Shown: positions 8,220 to 17,911 of the stretch, in pieces
How positions within the stretch are numbered: position 1 is the stretch's first letter
How the letters are laid out: each line of letters starts with the position of its first letter
DNA from: an uncultured Gaiellales bacterium
GTDB lineage: Bacteria > Actinomycetota > Thermoleophilia > RBG-16-64-13
Assembly: GCA_964631965.1 (NCBI GenBank)
Contig: CAZWAR010000002.1
Span: 6,207 to 70,206 of the forward strand
Direction of reading: 5' to 3'
DNA length: 64,000 nt
Notes under the pieces: model-generated
Database searches by the model: none
The model's input: only the letters and a program-made list of their open reading frames with translations
What the model was told of the DNA's origin: nothing
Made by a program: the position numbers and the translations under genes

Positions 8220-10823
8220 ATGGCTGAATCACGACGGGCGGTCCCGCTACTGGCGACGCGCGATCTCGTCCTCTTTCCGGGGATGCTGGCCCCTATCTTC
8301 GTGGAACGGGACAAGGGCGTCCGGGCGCTCGAGCAGACGGCGCAGACGGGGGGCATGCTGGTGATGGCCGCTCAGAAGTCGGCTGCCACCGACGAGCCCG
8401 AACCCGAGGACATCTACTCCGTGGGTACGCTCGCCAAGGTCGTGCAGTTCTCCCGCCTGTCGGACGGCACCCTCAAGGCCCTCATCGAGGGCCGGGAGCG
8501 GGTGAGCATCGACTCCTACCAGGCCACGCAGCCCCTCTTCACAGTGCGCTACACGCCCATGGACAGCAAGGTTCCGCCCAAGTGGCCCCGCATGCGGGCT
8601 CTTATGGACTCGGTGGCCCGCGAGTTCGCCGCCTATGTGGGACAGACTCCGCAGCTTCCCGAGGAGGCGGAAACCGCCCTGGAGACGGTTACCGACCCGG
8701 ACAGCATGGTGAACGTCATCGCCTCCAACCTGATGATCGGCGCCGATCGCAAACAGGAATTGCTTGAAGGCGAGGAGCCCGAGGCGCGTCTGCTGCTGCT
8801 GCTCGAGACCCTCATACAGGAGAACGAGTTTATCGCGCTCGAGAACGAGATATCAGAGCGGGTTCACGACAGCTTCGAACGTCAGCAGCGCAGGGTGTTC
8901 CTGCACGAGCGGCTCAAAGTGCTGCAGGAGGAACTGGGCGAGGAGGGCGAGGAGGACACTGAGCGCGGCGCCTATCTGAAACAACTCGAGGCCAAGAAAC
9001 TGCCGGAGGCCGCGGCGGTGGCGCTCACCAAGGAGATCAGGCGGCTCGGTGATCTGCCGCCGCTCTCCGCCGAGGTGGCCGTGGCCAAGACCTATCTCGA
9101 CACCGCGCTCGGCCTGCCCTGGGGCACCCGTTCCGGGTCGGCCATCCCCGATGTGGCCGCGGTGGCCCGGGTCCTCGACGAGACCCACTACGGGCTGAAG
9201 AACGTCAAGGATCGCATCGTCGAGTATCTGGCGGTGGCATCACTGCGCGGCGGCACGCCCCCCAATGCCATACTCTGTCTGGTCGGCCCGCCGGGCGTGG
9301 GCAAGACCTCGGTGGCTATGGCGACCGCGAAAGGCCTCGAGCGTCCGCTGCAGCGCATCAGCCTGGGCGGGGTGCGCGACGAAGGCGAGATTCGCGGGCA
9401 CCGCAAGACGTACGTGGGAGCGATGCCCGGCCGCATCATCGATGCCCTGAAGAGGGCGGGGGTGGACGATCCGGTGATCGTCCTCGACGAGATAGACAAG
9501 ATGGAGGCCGACTGGCGGGGCGACCCGGCCGCCGCTCTCATGGAGGTCCTCGACCCGGTGCAGAACCGGGCCTTCCGCGACAACTATCTGGAGCTCGAGT
9601 ACGACCTCTCGCACGTGTTCTTCATCGCCACGGCGAACTACGAGGAGGACATCCCCGAGACTCTGTTCGACCGCATGGAGGTCATCCGTCTGCCCGGCTA
9701 CACCGACCGGGAGAAGCTGGAGATTGCCACCCGGCATCTCATCCCCAAGATTGCAGAGGAGAGTGGGCTGCAGGACCTGGGGAACGTGTTCACGAACGCA
9801 GCTATCCGAGCGCTGATCCGGGAGTACACCCGAGAGGCCGGCGTTCGAGAGATGGCCAGGCTCATCGGCAAGGTATACCGGCGTCTGGCCCGCATGAAGG
9901 TGGAGGGCAAGACGCTGCCCAGGAGGGTGACGCCATCCCAGTTGGCGCAACGGGTCGGCCCGGCGCCGTTCCTGTCCGCTCGCTTGGCCACGGAGCCGCT
10001 CGTGGGGGTCAGTCTGGGCCTGGCCTACACAGGGGCCGGGGGCGACGTGCTGCGCATCGAATGCGTGGTCACCCCGGGCAAGGGCGACTTCCATCTGACC
10101 GGCCAGATCGGTGAGATCATGCAGGAGAGCGTCACTGCCGGGTGGGGATATCTCAAGACGGCCCTCGTGCGCGACCCCGACCTCAACGCCTTGTGGATGG
10201 AATCGCCAGGCCGCGCTTACCTGCTCGACAACTACCAGGCGCCCGAGCCGCCCGAGGACGAGCGCGGGCACGGGAGTAACGACCTCCGTCGGCCCGGCGG
10301 TCGGGTGATCGAGACGGCGGGAGCTCCCGAACCGGGCTTCCGCCCTGAGGAGCCGGCAGCCGAAGCCGAGGCGGCCCAGGCGTCGGATCACGAGATCCTG
10401 TCTGCGCTCGAGGTGCGGATGCACTTCCCCGAAGGGTCGGTTCCCAAGGAAGGCCCCTCCGCGGGGATCGCCGTGGCCACCGCCCTGCTCTCCGCCCTGC
10501 TGCAGGTGCCGGTGCGGCCGCTCATCGCGCTGAGCGGCGAGATCACCCTCACTGGGCAGGTGTTGCCGGTGGGCGGTCTCAAGGAGAAGATGCTGGCCGC
10601 GCTGCGAGAGGGAGTGCAGCAGGTTGTCTTGCCTCGGACGGTAGCGCCGGAGATCCGGGAGTTGGCTTCTGAGCTCAAGAAGGGGCTGGAGATCATCTAC
10701 GTAGACAGGTATCTTGACGCGCTGCCCTACGTCCTGGACGTAGGTACCGAGGGGGCCGGAGATGGCGGCGAGGCCGGCCCCGGCGAACCGACCGGCGAAA
10801 AGGAGGGGACGAACAAGGCATGA
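8220..10823 (+). CDS. lon: ATP-dependent Lon protease (LonA) with ~65-aa disordered insertion in the protease domain
   Basis: Lon N domain, Walker [10 protein letters not shown], protease motif [10 protein letters not shown] with catalytic Ser; 867 aa. Confidence 0.92.
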   Translation: MAESRRAVPLLATRDLVLFPGMLAPIFVERDKGVRALEQTAQTGGMLVMAAQKSAATDEPEPEDIYSVGTLAKVVQFSRLSDGTLKALIEGRERVSIDSYQATQPLFTVRYTPMDSKVPPKWPRMRALMDSVAREFAAYVGQTPQLPEEAETALETVTDPDSMVNVIASNLMIGADRKQELLEGEEPEARLLLLLETLIQENEFIALENEISERVHDSFERQQRRVFLHERLKVLQEELGEEGEEDTERGAYLKQLEAKKLPEAAAVALTKEIRRLGDLPPLSAEVAVAKTYLDTALGLPWGTRSGSAIPDVAAVARVLDETHYGLKNVKDRIVEYLAVASLRGGTPPNAILCLVGPPGVGKTSVAMATAKGLERPLQRISLGGVRDEGEIRGHRKTYVGAMPGRIIDALKRAGVDDPVIVLDEIDKMEADWRGDPAAALMEVLDPVQNRAFRDNYLELEYDLSHVFFIATANYEEDIPETLFDRMEVIRLPGYTDREKLEIATRHLIPKIAEESGLQDLGNVFTNAAIRALIREYTREAGVREMARLIGKVYRRLARMKVEGKTLPRRVTPSQLAQRVGPAPFLSARLATEPLVGVSLGLAYTGAGGDVLRIECVVTPGKGDFHLTGQIGEIMQESVTAGWGYLKTALVRDPDLNALWMESPGRAYLLDNYQAPEPPEDERGHGSNDLRRPGGRVIETAGAPEPGFRPEEPAAEAEAAQASDHEILSALEVRMHFPEGSVPKEGPSAGIAVATALLSALLQVPVRPLIALSGEITLTGQVLPVGGLKEKMLAALREGVQQVVLPRTVAPEIRELASELKKGLEIIYVDRYLDALPYVLDVGTEGAGDGGEAGPGEPTGEKEGTNKA

Positions 10824-13516
10824 CGGACGTGAGCATGGAGGCGCGCTACGCCCCCCACGAGGTGGAGGAGCGGCTCATGAAGGGATGGCTGGCGCGGCAT
10901 GCCTTCCGCGCTTCGGCCAAGGACCCCCGGCCTCCGTACGTCATCTCCATCCCGCCGCCGAATGTCACCGGTTCGCTCCACATGGGGCACGCTCTCAACG
11001 ACACCATCCAGGACATCCTCATTCGCTATCACCACCTGCGGGGCTACAACACGCTGTGGGTGGTCGGCACCGACCACGCGGGTATCGCCACCCAGAACAA
11101 GGTGGAGGGACAATTGGCAGGCGAAGGCCTGCGGAAGGAGGACCTGGGGCGGGAGCAGTTCGAGAAGCGGGTGTGGAAGTGGCGCGCCGAATACGGTTCA
11201 ACCATCATCCACCAGCTCAAGCGCCTGGGCTGTGCCTGCGACTACGAGGAAGAGCGCTTCACCATGGACGAGGGCTACCGCGAGGCGGTGGCCAAGGTGT
11301 TCGTGGACCTCTACGAGAAGGGTGACATCTACCGCGACGTTTACCTGGTGAACTGGTGCACCCGGTGCGGCTCGGCGATCTCCGACCTCGAGGTGGAGCA
11401 CGAGGACCGGGCGGCCTTCCTCTACCATGTGAAGTACCCGGTTGCGGCATCCAACGAGTTCCTCACCGTGGCCACCACTCGCCCGGAGACCATCCTGGGC
11501 GATACCGCCGTAGCGGTGAACCCCAAGGATCCACGTTACGGCCGGTTCGTCGGTAAGACCGCCATCGTGCCGCTGATGGGGCGGGAAGTGCCGATCATAG
11601 CCGACGAGCATGTGGACGTCGGCTTCGGCACGGGTGCCCTCAAGATCACGCCGGCCCACGACCCCGACGACTTCGAGATCGGTATCCGCCATGGCCTGCC
11701 GAGCGTCTCCGTGATCGGCCTGGATGGGCTCATGACGGCCGACGCGGGCGAGTTCAAAGGCATGTCGGCTGCGGAGGCCCGCGAGGCGGTTGTCAAGCGG
11801 CTGGAAGATGAGGGCCTGTTCGTCAAGGCCGAGGACTACAAGCACGCGGTTGGCACCTGCTATCGCTGCGGCACCACGATCGAGCCGCTCCTTTCGTTGC
11901 AGTGGTTCATGGACATGAAGCGCCTGGCCGAGCCGGCCATCAAGGCGGTGGAGGACGGGCGGGTGAAGTTCCATCCGGCCCGCTGGGGTGACGTCTACCT
12001 CGAGTGGATGCGCGGCATCCGGCCCTGGTGCGTCAGCCGGCAGCTCTGGTGGGGGCATCGCATTCCCGCATACTTCTGCGAGGCCTGCGACCACGTCATG
12101 GTGTCTGTCGCTGTTCCGGAGACGTGCGACAGGTGTGGCGGCCCGGTGCGGCCGGAGGAGGATGTGCTCGACACCTGGTTCAGCTCGCAGCTCTGGCCCT
12201 TCGCCACCCTCGGCTGGCCCGAGGAGACGGAGCGCCTCGAGGCCTTCTATCCGACGACGGTCCTCTCCACCGCGCGCGACATCATCTACCTCTGGGTGGC
12301 CCGGATGATCATGATGGGCCTCGAATATCGTGACGATGTCCCGTTCCGTGACGTCATCATCCACCCGACGGTGCTGGCCGCCGACGGGCGGCGCATGAGC
12401 AAGAGTTTGGGGACAGGGGTGGATCCCCTCGAGTTGATCGCCGACTACGGAGCCGACGCCACTCGCTTCGGCTTGGCGTACATGGCTTCGGTGCAGGATG
12501 TTCGCTTCAGCGCGGAGCGCATCGAGATGGGGCGGAACTTCGCCAACAAGACGTGGAACGCGTCCCGGCTGATCCTGCAGGGCGCCGAGGCGGCGGCGGG
12601 CCGCACCGGCGGTGGCCCGCGGGTGGAATTGGCCACTCCCGCCGACCGCTGGATCTTCAGCCGTCTTGCGACAGTCTGCGCCGAGACCGCCTCCCTCTAC
12701 GAAAGCTATGAGTTCGATGACGTAGCTCGGGTGCTCTATCGGTTCGTCTGGAACGAGGTCTGCGACTGGTATCTGGAGATTGCCAAGTCCCGCCTCTACA
12801 GCGAGGATCCCGCCGAGCGCCTGCAGGTGAGCGGAAACCTCTTCGTCCTGCTCGAAGCGGTGATGATCATGTTGCACCCTGTGATGCCGTTCATCACCGA
12901 GGAGATCTACGGCTTCCTACCTCAGGTGCAGGCGGGGCTCCGGCCGGCCAGCATCTTCGACGCGATGTATCCCGAGGCTCCCGCCGAATGGTCGGATCCG
13001 GCTGCCGAGGTGGCCATGGAGGCCTTTACATCGGTCGTTGCCGGACTGCGGTCGGCCAGGGAGGAGCTAGGGCTCACTCGCGACGTGACCGGCCGGGTGG
13101 CTCTGCTGGAGACCGAGGCCGGGGCGGCCGCCGGCCTGGTGGAGCTGCCGGATGCCGTACGGCAACTATGCGGCTGCGAGATCGTGGCGGTTCACAAACT
13201 GGGGGAGCGACCGGCGGGCCGGTTCGCCTCGGTCGAAGGACCAGGCGTGAAGGCTATGCTCGACCTCGAGGGTGTGGTGGATGTGGAACGCGAGGCTGAA
13301 CGCCTCCTGACCAAGGCTCGAAAGGCGCACTCGGAAGCAGCCAAAGCGCGGGGCAAGCTCGGCAACCAGGGTTTTGTGGCCAAGGCGCCCGAAGCGGTCG
13401 TGGCCGAAGAGCGCGCCCGCTTGGCGGCCGCAGAAGCGGCTCTTGAGGAAGTGCGTCGGTCGTACGAGGAGCGCGTCGGCGGGCGACTGGCGCTGCCGGG
13501 GGAGGAAGATCGGTGA
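10820..13516 (+). CDS. valS: valine--tRNA ligase
   Basis: HIGH motif (HMGHAL), KMSKS, editing domain, C-terminal coiled coil; ATGA overlap with lon stop. Confidence 0.95.
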   Translation: MTDVSMEARYAPHEVEERLMKGWLARHAFRASAKDPRPPYVISIPPPNVTGSLHMGHALNDTIQDILIRYHHLRGYNTLWVVGTDHAGIATQNKVEGQLAGEGLRKEDLGREQFEKRVWKWRAEYGSTIIHQLKRLGCACDYEEERFTMDEGYREAVAKVFVDLYEKGDIYRDVYLVNWCTRCGSAISDLEVEHEDRAAFLYHVKYPVAASNEFLTVATTRPETILGDTAVAVNPKDPRYGRFVGKTAIVPLMGREVPIIADEHVDVGFGTGALKITPAHDPDDFEIGIRHGLPSVSVIGLDGLMTADAGEFKGMSAAEAREAVVKRLEDEGLFVKAEDYKHAVGTCYRCGTTIEPLLSLQWFMDMKRLAEPAIKAVEDGRVKFHPARWGDVYLEWMRGIRPWCVSRQLWWGHRIPAYFCEACDHVMVSVAVPETCDRCGGPVRPEEDVLDTWFSSQLWPFATLGWPEETERLEAFYPTTVLSTARDIIYLWVARMIMMGLEYRDDVPFRDVIIHPTVLAADGRRMSKSLGTGVDPLELIADYGADATRFGLAYMASVQDVRFSAERIEMGRNFANKTWNASRLILQGAEAAAGRTGGGPRVELATPADRWIFSRLATVCAETASLYESYEFDDVARVLYRFVWNEVCDWYLEIAKSRLYSEDPAERLQVSGNLFVLLEAVMIMLHPVMPFITEEIYGFLPQVQAGLRPASIFDAMYPEAPAEWSDPAAEVAMEAFTSVVAGLRSAREELGLTRDVTGRVALLETEAGAAAGLVELPDAVRQLCGCEIVAVHKLGERPAGRFASVEGPGVKAMLDLEGVVDVEREAERLLTKARKAHSEAAKARGKLGNQGFVAKAPEAVVAEERARLAAAEAALEEVRRSYEERVGGRLALPGEEDR

Positions 13517-14805
13517 GCACCTACAACCCGTCCGAGATCTGGGAGTACGTCAACGGTCTCGAGCGGCTCGGCACCCGGCTGGGGCTCGAGCGGATGGAGC
13601 GGCTGGTGGAGGCCCTCGGATCCCCCCAGAAGGCATACCGTACCATTCACGTGGTCGGCACGAACGGCAAGACGTCGACCACCAGGTTCGTCTCAGCTCT
13701 CTTGCAGGCTCGGGGGCACAGAGTGGGGGCCTACATCTCCCCGCACCTCGTCAGTCTTGCCGAGCGGCAGATGGTGGACTCCGTCCCCTCGAGTGATGAG
13801 GAGTTCTGCAACGTCGTCGCGCGCATCCGCCCGGTCGTCGAGCGACTGGAGAAGACCTTCGAGCCGGACGAAAGGCTCACCCAGTTCGAGGTCCTCACGG
13901 CAGCCGCTTTCTTGTACTTCAAGGAACAGGGTTGCGACGTCGCCGTCGTCGAGGCGGGTCTGGGGGGGCGGCTGGACGCGACGGCGGTCCTCGAATCCGA
14001 TGTGCAAGTGTTGACCAGCATCGGTCTCGAGCACACCGAGCTGCTCGGGGATACAACTCTCGACATCCTGCGGGAGAAGCAGGCGGTGATCCCTCCGGGC
14101 GGCAAGGTGGTCGCGGGAGTCCTGAGCCCGGACCTCAAGACGGAGCTGAAGGCCTTTTGCTCTGCTCGTGGTGCCGACTGCCACTTCTTCGGCGACGACA
14201 TCGTCGTGCTCGCCGAGGCCCGGGGCGATTCGTTCGACATATTCGGACTCCATGGTTGCTACATGGACGTCCGTCTGAGGGTCCTCGGAGGCTATCAACG
14301 AGTGAACGCGGCGGTCTCGGTGGCCGCGGTCGAGTTGTTCGAGGGTGAGGAACTGGATGCGGACATGGTCCGGGCGGCTCTCGCCTCCACCTCTGCTCCG
14401 GGTCGCCTGGAGATCGTCAGCACGCAGCCGCTCTGCATCTTCGACGGCTCCCACAACCCGCCCGGGATGGAGGAGACGATGCGTTCCTTGGATCCTATCC
14501 TGGAGCGGAGGCGTCTCATCGCCGTTGTGTCTATCCTGAGTGACAAGGACGCCGCACAGATGATCCGTCATCTGGCTCCGCGCTGCGACATCATCTTCGC
14601 CACTCAGAGTTCGAGCCCTAGAGCCTTGCCGGCGGAGGACCTGGCGCTGCTCATTTCCGATCTCGATGGAGATGCCGAGGTCTTCGTGGATCCCGATCCG
14701 CACTCCGCCATGGTGAGCGCCTACCGGCTGGCCACGTCGAACCAGGTGGTCCTGGTCACGGGGTCGTTGACGGTCATTGCGGATCTCAAGCGGAGGATGA
14801 ACTAG
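13513..14805 (+). CDS. folC: bifunctional folylpolyglutamate synthase / dihydrofolate synthase
   Basis: Mur-ligase-type P-loop VVGTNGKTSTT, FolC domain order; GTGA overlap with valS stop. Confidence 0.9.
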   Translation: MSTYNPSEIWEYVNGLERLGTRLGLERMERLVEALGSPQKAYRTIHVVGTNGKTSTTRFVSALLQARGHRVGAYISPHLVSLAERQMVDSVPSSDEEFCNVVARIRPVVERLEKTFEPDERLTQFEVLTAAAFLYFKEQGCDVAVVEAGLGGRLDATAVLESDVQVLTSIGLEHTELLGDTTLDILREKQAVIPPGGKVVAGVLSPDLKTELKAFCSARGADCHFFGDDIVVLAEARGDSFDIFGLHGCYMDVRLRVLGGYQRVNAAVSVAAVELFEGEELDADMVRAALASTSAPGRLEIVSTQPLCIFDGSHNPPGMEETMRSLDPILERRRLIAVVSILSDKDAAQMIRHLAPRCDIIFATQSSSPRALPAEDLALLISDLDGDAEVFVDPDPHSAMVSAYRLATSNQVVLVTGSLTVIADLKRRMN

Positions 14806-14808
14806 ACC

Positions 14809-14931
14809 TTGATCAAGCGCCAGAAAGCAGGTAAATCAGGGCACGCCGTCTTTATCGGCGTTCTGCTTGTGGCAATCACGGTTGTGGTATTTTTTACCCT
14901 TGGCTACGTGCTTGCACGAGTCCTGATATAG
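14809..14931 (+). CDS. candidate 40-aa single-pass hydrophobic micro-protein (LIKRQKAGKSGHAVFIGVLLVAITVVVFFTLGYVLARVLI)
   Basis: Uninterrupted TTG-started ORF in a ~130-nt low-GC islet between folC and the next gene; basic N-terminus plus one predicted TM helix. Codon usage is not GC3-biased, so it may equally be a non-coding promoter/sRNA region. Confidence 0.25.
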   Translation: MIKRQKAGKSGHAVFIGVLLVAITVVVFFTLGYVLARVLI

Positions 14932-14941
14932 GGGGCAGAAG

Positions 14942-15451
14942 GTGGATAACGTCTTCGAGACCATCAATAGGATCATCGGCTCCCCATATTGGATGCTCGC
15001 GGTCTACATCATCCTCTTCTGCCTGACGGTGCTCTGGCTGGTGCTGGCCTTCTGGACCTACAAGGACGCGCGCAAGCGCATCGACGACCCCGTCATCGTG
15101 GGGGTGGCTGTCCTCTGCTCCCTTCTGCTGCCGTACATCGGCACTCTCATATACGCTATTCTGCGGCCGGCCGAATACCTGGCGGAGGCCCGGGAGCGGG
15201 AGTTGGAGATCCGGGCGATGGAGCAGGAGCTGCACACCCTGCGCGCCTGCCCGTCGTGCGGTGAGGTCATCCGTCCCGACTATCTGGCCTGCCCGAGTTG
15301 CCGCCGGCCTCTCCGTACCGCCTGTCCGTATTGCGACCGGGTACTCGAGCCGGGCTGGAAGCTCTGTCCGTACTGCGCTCACGATCTGAAGAGCCGGCGG
15401 GTGCCGCCGCCGGTCGATGGCCCACCTGGCTTGATCGAAGTGCAGCAGTAG
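14942..15451 (+). CDS. small membrane protein: N-terminal PLD-nuclease-N-like two-TM hairpin fused to a C-terminal double zinc ribbon (4x CxxC)
   Basis: Two TM helices with LLLPYIGTLIYAILRP motif (resembles PLDc_N/cardiolipin-synthase N domain); CPSCGE...CPSCRR...CPYCDR...CPYCAH; occupies the folC-x-ndk slot held by DUF4233 in other actinobacteria. Confidence 0.55.
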   Translation: MDNVFETINRIIGSPYWMLAVYIILFCLTVLWLVLAFWTYKDARKRIDDPVIVGVAVLCSLLLPYIGTLIYAILRPAEYLAEARERELEIRAMEQELHTLRACPSCGEVIRPDYLACPSCRRPLRTACPYCDRVLEPGWKLCPYCAHDLKSRRVPPPVDGPPGLIEVQQ

Positions 15452-15548
15452 CCCCTGGCATTTCGAGAGTTTCTGCAGGAGGGTGCGCCGCCGGGTCCGC
15501 GCGGTCTCGGGTAGAATGAGGCCGCCCGGAACAACTACCGTGGAGGAA

Positions 15549-15971
15549 ATGGTGGAACGTACGTTGGTGCTCGTCAAACCCAGCGGCATAGCTCGCGGCC
15601 TGGTCGGCGAGGTCATCAGCCGCATCGAGCGCAGGGGTCTGATCGTGAGGGCGGCCAGGATGCTCATGGTCACCCGCGACATGGCCGAGCGGCACTACGC
15701 CGAGCACGAGGGGAAAGACTTCTACCCCGATCTCGTGGACCACATCACCTCCGCTCCCATTTTCGCGATGGTCGTCGAAGGTCCAGAGGCGGTCCGGGTG
15801 GTCCGCATGATGATGGGTGCGACGAACCCTCTGGAGGCGGCTCCGGGAACGGTGCGCGGCGATTTCGGGCTGTCCGTGCGCCACAACGTGGTGCACAGCG
15901 CCGACAGTCTGGCGAGTGCCCAACGCGAGATCGGGATATTCTTTCCCGAAGGCGTCGACCTCCTAGGCTAG
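15549..15971 (+). CDS. ndk: nucleoside diphosphate kinase
   Basis: ERTLVLVKPSG, catalytic-His region NVVHSADS; ATG 15549 one nt after GGAGGA. The ORF-track start 15483 is likely an over-extension. Confidence 0.9.
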   Translation: MVERTLVLVKPSGIARGLVGEVISRIERRGLIVRAARMLMVTRDMAERHYAEHEGKDFYPDLVDHITSAPIFAMVVEGPEAVRVVRMMMGATNPLEAAPGTVRGDFGLSVRHNVVHSADSLASAQREIGIFFPEGVDLLG

Positions 15972-15982
15972 TCGGTCCGCCG

Positions 15983-16630
15983 GTGGATCTCCGGCCGCCA
16001 TTCCCGCCCGATTTCCGACTCTTCCTCGCGTCCCAGTCGCCGCGGCGCCGTTCCTTGCTGCGGGATATGGGGGTTCCACATGTGGTGGTGCGGTCCACCG
16101 CGGAGGAGGTTCTCCAGGGCAACGGTGCCGAGATGCTCGCGGCCGATAATGCTGCCGCGAAACTGAGAGCAGCGGTCCTGCCTATCGACGCCCCGGGTGG
16201 TGTCTTCGTACTTGCCACTGACACACTGGTCACCCTCGACAACAGGGTGATGGGCAAGCCGGCCACCCGCGACGAGGCGGCCGGCATGATCGGTGCCCTC
16301 TCGGGCAGGACGCATCAGGTGGTATCCGGCGTCGCTCTGTTGCGGACCGCCCGGTCTCCTGGGGCCAGGCCCGACGATGAGCTCAGGCTCGTGGCCACGG
16401 CGACCACGGACGTCACCTTCCTCGAACTGAGTTCCGCGCAGATCGAGGCATACCTCGACTCCGGCGAGTGGACCGACAAGGCGGGCGCCTACGGCGTGCA
16501 GGGCCTGGCCGGCCTGTTTGTGGCGGAGATACGCGGCGAATACAGCAATGTGGTGGGCCTACCCCTAGGCCTTCTGGCCCGCATGTTTCTCGAGGCTGGG
16601 TTCGACCTTCTTCGACGGCAATGGATATGA
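15983..16630 (+). CDS. maf: Maf-like nucleoside triphosphate pyrophosphatase (septum-formation protein Maf)
   Basis: LASQSPRRRSLL signature of the Maf/Ham1 family; precedes mreB as in many Gram-positives. Confidence 0.8.
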   Translation: MDLRPPFPPDFRLFLASQSPRRRSLLRDMGVPHVVVRSTAEEVLQGNGAEMLAADNAAAKLRAAVLPIDAPGGVFVLATDTLVTLDNRVMGKPATRDEAAGMIGALSGRTHQVVSGVALLRTARSPGARPDDELRLVATATTDVTFLELSSAQIEAYLDSGEWTDKAGAYGVQGLAGLFVAEIRGEYSNVVGLPLGLLARMFLEAGFDLLRRQWI

Positions 16631-16787
16631 AGGTCGCTGAAGAATGATGCTTCGCCCGGGTGCGACGGGGATGTCGGCACGAACGGACCAGAGGGAGCAG
16701 CGATGGGAGCGCTGTTGACGCCGGCATGGGACGCGCCGTGCCGTCGTCCGGGACCATGCTCTGCCGAGGCTTGGTTCTTCGGCAGCC

Positions 16788-16796
16788 TGTATAATG
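16788..16796 (+). promoter_or_regulatory. putative mreB promoter -10 (TGTATAATG, consensus TATAAT) ~100 nt upstream of mreB
   Basis: A perfect TATAAT hexamer with adjacent TG is rare in a 68%-GC genome; it sits in the 260-nt maf-mreB intergenic gap. Confidence 0.35.
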
Positions 16797-16893
16797 TGCG
16801 GACGCCCCAGGAGCACTCGGGGGGCTTGAGCAGCGTGAGGGAGGTACGGCCATAGCTTTCACCGAGTTCATCACCGGGTTTGCCGGTCGAGAT

Positions 16894-17895
16894 ATGGCCG
16901 TCGATCTTGGGACCGCCACGACCCTCGTATACGTTCGGGGAAGAGGCATCGTTCTGTCTGAGCCGTCGGTCGTTGCTATCGAATCCCGTTCCGGCGATGT
17001 CCTCGCCGTGGGGGCCGACGCCAAGCGCATGCTCGGCCGTACCCCGGGCACTATCTCGGCCATCAGGCCCCTCAAGGATGGGGTCATCGCCGACTTCGAC
17101 GTGACCGAGCAGATGCTCCGGCACTTCATCCAGCGGGTGCATCAGAATCGGTGGGCTCATCCGCGCGTCGTCGTCTGTGTCCCTTCGGGTGTGACAGGTG
17201 TGGAGCGGCGGGCTGTCGAGGAAGCCACCATCAGCGCGGGTGCTCGGGCGGCGTATCTCATCGAAGAGCCCATGGCGGCCGCCATCGGTGCGGGTCTTCC
17301 AGTCGCCGAGCCCACGGGCAGCATGATCGTCGACATCGGCGGGGGTACGAGCGAGGTGGCCGTCATCTCTTTGGCCGGCATCGTGGTGGCTCAGTCGGTG
17401 AGGATCGGGGGCGACGAACTGGACGAGGCCATCATCGCCTACATCAAGAAGGAATATAAGCTCATGATCGGCAGCCAGACCGCCGAGGAACTCAAGCTGG
17501 AGATAGGCTCGGCCTTCCCGCTCGAGCACGAGGAACAGGCGGAGATTCGCGGTCGGGACCTCGTCACCGGGCTGCCAAAGACACTGGTGGTTTCCTCCGA
17601 AGAGATCAGGGAAGCCATCGCCGAGCCGGTGGCGGCCATCGTCGACGCCATAAAATCCACACTTGACAAGACCCCGCCCGAATTGGCCTCCGACATCATG
17701 GACCGCGGCATCATGATGGCGGGAGGAGGCTCGCTCCTGCGCGGGATGTGCGAGCGGGTACGCGAAGAGACCCAGATGCCGGTGAACCTTGCCGAATCTC
17801 CTCTCACATGCGTGGCCGTCGGCTCGGGACGGTCGCTCGAGGAGTTCGACGCTCTGTATCGGGGCTCGCAGAGAGTGAAGAAGCGCCGCTACTAG
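16894..17895 (+). CDS. mreB: rod shape-determining actin homologue MreB
   Basis: [11 protein letters not shown] phosphate-1 motif, actin/Hsp70 fold motifs throughout; 333 aa. Confidence 0.93.
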   Translation: MAVDLGTATTLVYVRGRGIVLSEPSVVAIESRSGDVLAVGADAKRMLGRTPGTISAIRPLKDGVIADFDVTEQMLRHFIQRVHQNRWAHPRVVVCVPSGVTGVERRAVEEATISAGARAAYLIEEPMAAAIGAGLPVAEPTGSMIVDIGGGTSEVAVISLAGIVVAQSVRIGGDELDEAIIAYIKKEYKLMIGSQTAEELKLEIGSAFPLEHEEQAEIRGRDLVTGLPKTLVVSSEEIREAIAEPVAAIVDAIKSTLDKTPPELASDIMDRGIMMAGGGSLLRGMCERVREETQMPVNLAESPLTCVAVGSGRSLEEFDALYRGSQRVKKRRY

Positions 17896-17911
17896 CCAGC
17901 GAGGTAACTCT

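Noticed and set aside
9240-12877. - strand ORFs of 394 and 559 aa antisense to lon and valS
   Set aside because: The + strand genes have unmistakable Lon and ValS motifs; the antisense frames are open only because of GC3 bias
14894-15682. 262-aa - strand ORF overlapping the zinc-ribbon membrane protein and the ndk start
   Set aside because: The + strand ORF has coherent TM helices and four CxxC pairs, and ndk is unambiguous; the - strand frame is low-complexity
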